In this document: positions 51,640 through 57,327 of the stretch, one piece after another
Position numbering within the stretch: the stretch's first letter is position 1
Layout of the letters: every line of letters begins with the position of its first letter
IMG/VR virus record: IMGVR_UViG_3300034357_000765
DNA: 57,327 bases
Reading direction: 5' to 3' (one strand)
DNA from: a virus
Taxonomy: Duplodnaviria; Heunggongvirae; Uroviricota; Caudoviricetes
The notes under the pieces: generated by a model
The model's input: only the letters and a program-made list of their open reading frames with translations
Told to the model about the DNA's origin: nothing
Database searches by the model: none
Position numbers and translations under genes: made by a program

Positions 51640-52296
51640 ATGGAATTATTTATGTTTGATATCGAAACAACTGGCGAGTACAAAAGCTTCGCTGATTTTA
51701 AAGCACACGACGAACGTGGTGCAAACCTTTTTGAAGGTAAATGGAAAAGAATGGGTTGGGATCAAAAGTTTACACTTGAAGATTCTTACTTAGACCAATC
51801 CGGAATAATGTCTACCTATGGTAGAATCTGTTGTATATCTTTTGGATACGTAGATGGTAACGGTCAGAAACAGATTAGAAGCTTTCATGGTACTGATGAA
51901 AGATATATCGTTGAAAGTTTTAACGACTTACTAAAAAAGATTGGACAAAAAAGTTTTAATCTATCAGGATTCAGAATAAACTACTTTGACATTCCCTGGA
52001 TACTTCACAAACTACACAAATACGAAATCACACCTGCTGATATGATTCGTCCTTACGAAAAGAAACCGTGGGAAATGAGAGTCGTAGATATGGCTGATGA
52101 TTGGAAACAAAAGTTTGCTTATGCTTTCTCGTTTGACGAAATGTGTTATGAGTTGGGAGTTGCAAGTCCTAAAACTAAAATGGATGGATCATTAGTACAC
52201 GAATACTATCATACTGGTAGACTAGAAGAAATAAAAGAATATTGCGAAATGGACGTTTCTTCTTCAATTGATGCTGGTTTAAAGTTGTACAAATAG
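51640..52296 (+). CDS. stand-alone PolB-type 3'-5' exonuclease (DEDDy), 218 aa
   Basis: FDIET, GFRINYFDIPWI, YCEMDV. Confidence 0.85.
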   Translation: MELFMFDIETTGEYKSFADFKAHDERGANLFEGKWKRMGWDQKFTLEDSYLDQSGIMSTYGRICCISFGYVDGNGQKQIRSFHGTDERYIVESFNDLLKKIGQKSFNLSGFRINYFDIPWILHKLHKYEITPADMIRPYEKKPWEMRVVDMADDWKQKFAYAFSFDEMCYELGVASPKTKMDGSLVHEYYHTGRLEEIKEYCEMDVSSSIDAGLKLYK

Positions 52297-52307
52297 AATA
52301 TTGTCCT

Positions 52308-52315
52308 TATATTTG
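52308..52315 (+). promoter_or_regulatory. Bacteroidota-type promoter -7 box TATATTTG
   Basis: GTTG 20 nt upstream; A-rich leader to ATG 52341. Confidence 0.6.
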
Positions 52316-52340
52316 TAAAACAAACTTAAAACAATATATT

Positions 52341-52496
52341 ATGGGACGCATCAAAGACTTAGTTATCGATTTACAAAACGAATACGGATACGATTTAGAA
52401 AACTTACCAGAAGGATTCTCAATGGATGAATACTTAGAGATGAAATCAAAAGAAGTAACACCAGTTCTATTTTGTCAAACTATAAACGGAAAATAA
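52341..52496 (+). CDS. acidic microprotein, 51 aa (missing from the ORF track)
   Basis: MGRIKDLVIDLQNEYGYDLENLPEGFSMDEYLEMKSKEVTPVLFCQTINGK. Confidence 0.65.
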   Translation: MGRIKDLVIDLQNEYGYDLENLPEGFSMDEYLEMKSKEVTPVLFCQTINGK

Positions 52497-52497
52497 T

Positions 52498-52581
52498 ATG
52501 ATGTATTTTGATAAAAATGACATCTACTCCACAGTTATTGGTGTTGTCTTAGTAGCAACAATGGTATTCTTAGCAATATAA
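52498..52581 (+). CDS. single-TM microprotein, 27 aa (missing from the ORF track)
   Basis: MMYFDKNDIYSTVIGVVLVATMVFLAI, followed by a terminator. Confidence 0.45.
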   Translation: MMYFDKNDIYSTVIGVVLVATMVFLAI

Positions 52582-52599
52582 TAATCCAAATAAATCAAC

Positions 52600-52627
52600 A
52601 AAAGCAGTCGTTTGGCTGCTTTTTTTT
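52600..52627 (+). terminator. intrinsic terminator
   Basis: AAAAGCAGTC-gttt-GGCTGCTTTT plus T run. Confidence 0.8.
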
Positions 52628-52635
52628 GTTTTATA

Positions 52636-52645
52636 TTAATATATA
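52636..52645 (+). promoter_or_regulatory. phage-type promoter motif TTAATATATA
   Basis: Exact motif upstream of the GNAT gene. Confidence 0.55.
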
Positions 52646-52673
52646 GATTATAGGAAAATAATCTGTAGAATAG

Positions 52674-53015
52674 ATGGGAGAGAATACAGGCCTTAAAATA
52701 ATTAGGCTTAAGACGAATGCACAGAACCTCGAAATGTGGATGGCGTACGAAGGAGATGGAGGAGAGGCAATAGGACATATCTTTATGACCTTAGAAAACA
52801 ACAAACGAATAAAATTCCTGGATGCTTGGGTTGACGAAGATCACAGGAGAAAAGGAATCTACAGAAAACTTTGGGAAACCAGATGGGAATACGTCAACGA
52901 AAACTACAAAGGATATACAGTCTACGCTTGGTGCAAAGATGCTTCTCTAACACTTCTAATCGAAAAAGGATTCAGTACCGGTGAAATAGTAACTTACGTA
53001 GAAAAAACAATATAG
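52674..53015 (+). CDS. GNAT-family acetyltransferase, 113 aa
   Basis: Motif A WVDEDHRRKGIYRKL; LIEKGF. Confidence 0.8.
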   Translation: MGENTGLKIIRLKTNAQNLEMWMAYEGDGGEAIGHIFMTLENNKRIKFLDAWVDEDHRRKGIYRKLWETRWEYVNENYKGYTVYAWCKDASLTLLIEKGFSTGEIVTYVEKTI

Positions 53016-53062
53016 GACCAGCATATATTTGTATATATAAGTAAAAATAGCATATACATTTT

Positions 53063-53233
53063 ATGGCCGCGAAAGACAAGATGTTTTCACTAAGATTACC
53101 AGACAAACTTCTGGAAGAATACAGAAAGTTCTGTGACGAAAACTCAATAAACATTTCTAAAAGAATCAGAAAGTTTATGGAAAGAGATTTAGAAAACTGG
53201 AGAATAAGAAATCAAAAAAACAATGCCGGCTAA
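53063..53233 (+). CDS. ribbon-helix-helix (Arc/CopG-like) DNA-binding protein, 56 aa (missing from the ORF track)
   Basis: MFSLRLPDKLLEEYRKFCDENSINISKRIRKFMERDL. Confidence 0.7.
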   Translation: MAAKDKMFSLRLPDKLLEEYRKFCDENSINISKRIRKFMERDLENWRIRNQKNNAG

Positions 53234-53235
53234 CA

Positions 53236-53970
53236 ATGAAAGTCGCATTAGTTTGTATAGCAAAAGACGAAGACGAATACATCAAAGAATGGATTGAATA
53301 CCATAAGAAATTAGGATTTGACAACATATTTGTCTTTGAAAATAATTGGCGTTGTAAAGTCAAAGACGATATAGTCACCAACATAGAGTTTGATGGTGAT
53401 AGAAAACAAATACCTGCATACAACACATTCATAGAAAGATTCAGATACGACTACGATTGGGCCGCGTTCATAGACGTGGATGAATTCATTGTTTTAAAGA
53501 AACACGATAATATAAAAGATTTTTTAAATGAGTATGATAACGTTGAAAACGGAATCGCAATCAACTGGGTAATGTTTGGTAGCAACGGACATAAGGAGAT
53601 TTCAGAAAACACCAGTCTATTAGAAAGATTCACAAAGAGACAGATTGATAAAAACAAACATATAAAAACGATTTTGAAGTTGAAACGATTTGGTGTAAAG
53701 ATGGTAAATCCACATTATCCAAATGTAATGTTGAACGACACTAATCTTAATGAGGTTTTTGGACCAGTCAACTTTAAAGGTGATATAGATATTGCACAGA
53801 TAAACCATTACTTCTGTAAAACCAGACCAGAGTTTATAAAAAAGATAAACAGGGGCCAAGCAGATCAGTATGCAAAAAGAAAGTTAGAAGAGTTTGAACC
53901 ACACGACAAAAACGAAGTTGATGATTTTCTAGCTCTAAATTATTCGTTGTACGGGAAGTTCGGTAGATAG
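53236..53970 (+). CDS. GT2/GT92-like glycosyltransferase, 244 aa
   Basis: IAKDEDEYIKEWIEYH..LGFD, WAAFIDVDEFI, INHY. Confidence 0.82.
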   Translation: MKVALVCIAKDEDEYIKEWIEYHKKLGFDNIFVFENNWRCKVKDDIVTNIEFDGDRKQIPAYNTFIERFRYDYDWAAFIDVDEFIVLKKHDNIKDFLNEYDNVENGIAINWVMFGSNGHKEISENTSLLERFTKRQIDKNKHIKTILKLKRFGVKMVNPHYPNVMLNDTNLNEVFGPVNFKGDIDIAQINHYFCKTRPEFIKKINRGQADQYAKRKLEEFEPHDKNEVDDFLALNYSLYGKFGR

Positions 53971-56213
53971 ATTCTTGTTGTTGCATTATCTGCAAAAACC
54001 ATATGCTTAGAGTCGTCTCTTATTATATACTGGTTAAGAATCTTATTATGATATCCTTCTGGTATAGTTTCTATGAACAATCTAACATTCGTCAATCTCA
54101 TATCAGAACCTAAGATACTACAATAGTCTCCTTCGATTACATACTCAAATGGAACGATTGTCTGAGAACCTCTATAAACATTGTGTAGTATTGTTGAAGG
54201 TGCTTGTGCTCCTTCATCCTCATCATAAATATCTCTCTTATAGATCCATTGAGTCATTTCTCTGTTTCTTTGATCCACATTAAGTGCATAGCAATACCAA
54301 GTATCTTCGTCTAATGCAATAACATCGTTTGTTGGATTACCTTTAAGATGGTATCTATATTCAGTTGCATTTGCAGTAAATACAATATCATCGTTTACAA
54401 TGTCTGCTTTCCAACCGAAAGAGTTTGTATCATCATAATAATGGAACAAGTTATATAACTCATCTTTTATATAATTCTGAAGTTTAAACCAAACATAGAA
54501 TCCTATATTATCAGATACTTTCAACTGAGCATCAAGATTTTTGTATCTTACTGCAGGGGTTCTATATGCAACACTTGACATGTCGTAGTTTGCTCTAGAT
54601 ATAATAGTACTAGAATTTTCTATAAGTTCTTTATCAATCTCAGCTAAGTATTCCAATCTGATTGGATCTTTAGTCAATGGTTTGTATTGGTCTTTGTTAG
54701 CGATGGCCGCTTTATCTTGAGCCATCTCGATTCCCATAAGTTCATCAAGAGTTGTGTTCTTAGTAAGATTTTTAAGTGTATCTGCAATATCTGCAGTACC
54801 TGCCCTGACGTTTGCTTTTTGACTGTATTTTTTCAGATGTAGTTTGTAGTACACCGCAGCATTGTTAAAGTTTCTAAATTGTTGTGCGTGATCTACCTGA
54901 TACATTCTATTAAGATTACAGAAATATAAAAAGTCTTCTTTCGAAGGTCTTCTTTGAGGTCCAAATATTTCTTTGAATGCTTGTTTCGTTATATGTACTT
55001 CCATTTGTTCAAATAGATTCAAATCAAATTGATTCATTACTATCTGACTATCCGGGAATGCATTATTATCAACAGATACTTTTATGTTTCCTTCACATAC
55101 TACATTGAATAGTTGATACTCATGCATTGTGTGATCTTGTCCTTTCTTATCAGGATCGGTACAGAAGTATATAGTCGCGTGTCCAAATACTTCCTGTGCG
55201 TCCGTACTAAGTTTAGTAAGAAGATCCATAGCAGTGTTTTGTTGATAGGGATTATAAAGTCCTGCTTTGTCCTCACTTGTCATCTTAGGAAGAGAACTTC
55301 CATTACCATCGGTTGCACATGCACTACCACCACCTACTCCACTTCCACCAAGTGTATTTCCTCCAGCCCCAACATTTGCACCAGTACTAGCCACGAAGTT
55401 TCCATTAGCATCAGTATATCCTGTCATATTAGAAGTACAACATTCTCTTATTCCCATAAGGTTAGATTTGAAATAGTCTTTACTAACATTTTGAACATCA
55501 CCTATTATATTGATATCTTGTATCGATATGTTAGAGCCAGAGTTGTTGTGTATAGAATATTCTACTTGAAAGAATCTAATAGGATTTATTCTTGTAGTGG
55601 TTACGTTTTCTTTTGTGAACAATTCCCACTCAGACCATGTTCTTTCATTATCTTGTGAGTATCTGTATTTTATTATTGTATTAGAAAGGTCTGATCCAGA
55701 CAATATTTCAATATCGTTTACAGAGAATACTTTATAGATAAAAGGTGCTTTCATTATCAAAGTCTTTCCAGGAGGAACCTGAACTACACTTCCGTCATCT
55801 ACTACAACTCTATTAAGTTTGCCTTCGATTGCATATTCTAAAAGTCTGATAGTTCCTATAGTAGAACTTCCTGCTCTTACCCATTTAATATCTAAGTAAA
55901 GTGGATCGTTAGGATCGATTACAGGAAAGTTTTCAATATTCCTATTTAAAGGAAGCCATGCACTCCAGTTTGTTTTGTCTCTTGATATTCTATAAAAGTT
56001 ATTTAAGAACCTTTCACTTGTCATTCCAAGCGTGTCGTATTGAAACTTCTCAAACTTTATTACATTCGTCAGATTATCGAATGTCAATATGTATTCACTT
56101 CCTATAGAAGGAAATGTAGGTGTGAAATTGTAATCACCAGATTGTGTCGCACCAATATCGAACTTGTCGAATATTTGTATTGTTCCGTTTAGAAGGTCAG
56201 AATTTTGTTGCAT
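53940..56213 (-). CDS. virion protein with T4 gp14-like neck domain and extensions, 757 aa
   Basis: MEVHITKQAFKEIFGPQRRPSKEDFLYF....RMYQV resembles the gp14 RP.EGDLIYF segment; LamG-like C-terminus; Gly linker. Confidence 0.5.
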   Translation of the reverse strand: MQQNSDLLNGTIQIFDKFDIGATQSGDYNFTPTFPSIGSEYILTFDNLTNVIKFEKFQYDTLGMTSERFLNNFYRISRDKTNWSAWLPLNRNIENFPVIDPNDPLYLDIKWVRAGSSTIGTIRLLEYAIEGKLNRVVVDDGSVVQVPPGKTLIMKAPFIYKVFSVNDIEILSGSDLSNTIIKYRYSQDNERTWSEWELFTKENVTTTRINPIRFFQVEYSIHNNSGSNISIQDINIIGDVQNVSKDYFKSNLMGIRECCTSNMTGYTDANGNFVASTGANVGAGGNTLGGSGVGGGSACATDGNGSSLPKMTSEDKAGLYNPYQQNTAMDLLTKLSTDAQEVFGHATIYFCTDPDKKGQDHTMHEYQLFNVVCEGNIKVSVDNNAFPDSQIVMNQFDLNLFEQMEVHITKQAFKEIFGPQRRPSKEDFLYFCNLNRMYQVDHAQQFRNFNNAAVYYKLHLKKYSQKANVRAGTADIADTLKNLTKNTTLDELMGIEMAQDKAAIANKDQYKPLTKDPIRLEYLAEIDKELIENSSTIISRANYDMSSVAYRTPAVRYKNLDAQLKVSDNIGFYVWFKLQNYIKDELYNLFHYYDDTNSFGWKADIVNDDIVFTANATEYRYHLKGNPTNDVIALDEDTWYCYALNVDQRNREMTQWIYKRDIYDEDEGAQAPSTILHNVYRGSQTIVPFEYVIEGDYCSILGSDMRLTNVRLFIETIPEGYHNKILNQYIIRDDSKHMVFADNATTRIYLPNFPYNE

Positions 56214-56217
56214 AGAG

Positions 56218-56227
56218 TATATATTAA
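56218..56227 (-). promoter_or_regulatory. phage-type promoter motif TTAATATATA
   Basis: 4 nt upstream of the 56213 start. Confidence 0.6.
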
Positions 56228-56273
56228 AAAAGAAAATCTATTTAAAATATTTGTTAATAACTTTATTTATCCA

Positions 56274-56281
56274 TATCTTTG
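56274..56281 (+). promoter_or_regulatory. Bacteroidota-type promoter -7 box TATCTTTG
   Basis: TTTG 20 nt upstream (56250-56253). Confidence 0.7.
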
Positions 56282-56303
56282 TAAAACAAATAAAATAAGC
56301 AAG

Positions 56304-57327
56304 ATGAATATTAAAGATAAGTTTTTAGAATTGACAAGCAGAACATACCCACACGGGACTGAGTCTGAGATCTTTCCACTTTTAGGTGAAGGTCTTCAAG
56401 CTGACGAGTTCGGAAACTTGTTTATCAAAATAGGTGAGAGCGACGTTATGTTTACTGCTCACTTAGATACTGCCACTTCTGCACTTACGGATGTTACTCA
56501 CGTATTCGAAGGAAATATAATCAAAACTGATGGTAAATCTATCTTAGGTGCAGATGATAAAGCTGGTGTTGCAATCATGCTTAATATGATTGAGAATAAC
56601 ATAGCAGGACTTTATTACTTCTTCTTAGGTGAAGAAGTTGGTTGTATCGGTTCTAGAAAAGTTGCAACTGTTCAAAAAGAAAATAAGATTGAAGGTATCA
56701 ACAAAGTAATATCTTTCGACCGTAGAGGTAATAACTCAATCATTACTTACCAAAGTGGTGCTAGATGTTGCTCTGATACATTCGGTTCTGCTTTAGCAAA
56801 AGCTTTAAACGATGTAGACTCTACTTTCAAATACGAAAATGACGACACAGGTATCTTAACTGACTCTGTTCAGTTTGTAAGTATCTATGCTGAGTGTACA
56901 AACATATCAGTAGGTTACCAAAACGAGCACACATTTTCTGAGAAACAAGATATTGAACACTTAACTAAACTTGCAGAAGCTTGTTTGAAAGTAGATTGGA
57001 ACGCATTACCGGTAGAACGTGACCCAAAAACAACAGAGTACAAATCTTACGGATCTTCTTACGGGTCTTACGGTGGTTGGAGTCGAGGTGGATACGATGA
57101 TGATGAATACGACTACGACTACAGTAGATCAAAAACTTCTAACTGGGGAAAACCAGTAGATAAAATAGAGCCAATCTGGTTCTACGACAATAAGTACGGT
57201 TATGTTTCTAACATTGAAATAAATGCCACTACTAAAAAAGTAGTGAAAGTAGACCTTTGTAAAGACCGAAAAGAGTATGAGAAATCTCTTATCGAAGACT
57301 TGTTGAAATCTCTTGACATTGAATATA
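56304..57327 (+). CDS. second M28/M20-family peptidase, partial (runs off window end; missing from the ORF track)
   Basis: MNIKDKFLELTSRTYPHG...AHLDT...LGADDKAG...GEEVG...SFDRRG...TDS...ISVGYQNEH; paralogue of 22199..23458. Confidence 0.85.
   Translation, partial: MNIKDKFLELTSRTYPHGTESEIFPLLGEGLQADEFGNLFIKIGESDVMFTAHLDTATSALTDVTHVFEGNIIKTDGKSILGADDKAGVAIMLNMIENNIAGLYYFFLGEEVGCIGSRKVATVQKENKIEGINKVISFDRRGNNSIITYQSGARCCSDTFGSALAKALNDVDSTFKYENDDTGILTDSVQFVSIYAECTNISVGYQNEHTFSEKQDIEHLTKLAEACLKVDWNALPVERDPKTTEYKSYGSSYGSYGGWSRGGYDDDEYDYDYSRSKTSNWGKPVDKIEPIWFYDNKYGYVSNIEINATTKKVVKVDLCKDRKEYEKSLIEDLLKSLDIEY

Noticed and set aside
1-57327. Stop-codon reassignment as in Lak or crAss-like phages
   Set aside because: Code-11 ORFs are long and tile densely, and TAG and TGA end intact genes (e.g. 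recA, exonuclease, HAD)
1-57327. CRISPR array, tRNA or rRNA genes
   Set aside because: No regularly spaced repeats and no cloverleaf with a T-loop seen by eye; a tRNAscan/Aragorn run would be decisive

Overview
A 57.3 kb, AT-rich, densely coding segment of a very large tailed (T4-like/jumbo) phage genome read with standard code 11. The host is probably in Bacteroidota: TAnnTTTG promoters with a TTTG about 20 nt upstream recur, and starts are A-rich without Shine-Dalgarno sites. Positions 1-20 kb hold minus-strand virion/tail genes (beta-helix and collagen-like fibres, a 2400-aa mosaic protein). The remainder is accessory: PhoH, two M28 peptidases, two glycosyltransferases, Nudix, NADAR, SLOG, two ligases, HAD phosphatases, a metallophosphoesterase, cysteine synthase, RecA/UvsX, an EcoRI-like nuclease with a Dam-like methylase, a PolB-type exonuclease, GNAT, RHH and a gp14-like neck protein. 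The most notable patterns are: (1) about 12 otherwise unrelated small proteins share a C-terminal R-[DE]-x-[KR]-[LI]-x-x-[LI]-[LG] tag; (2) about 10 proteins, mostly behind a phage-type TTAATATATA motif, share an N-terminal MKxLKxF/YxE tag resembling the T4 capsid-targeting sequence; (3) an unannotated 51-aa protein ends in an SSB-tail mimic (EDFSDDLPF); (4) a leader-peptide attenuator; (5) a candidate sRNA carrying the complement of the tRNA-Ala/tmRNA 3' end. All family calls come from motif recognition by eye; no searches were run.
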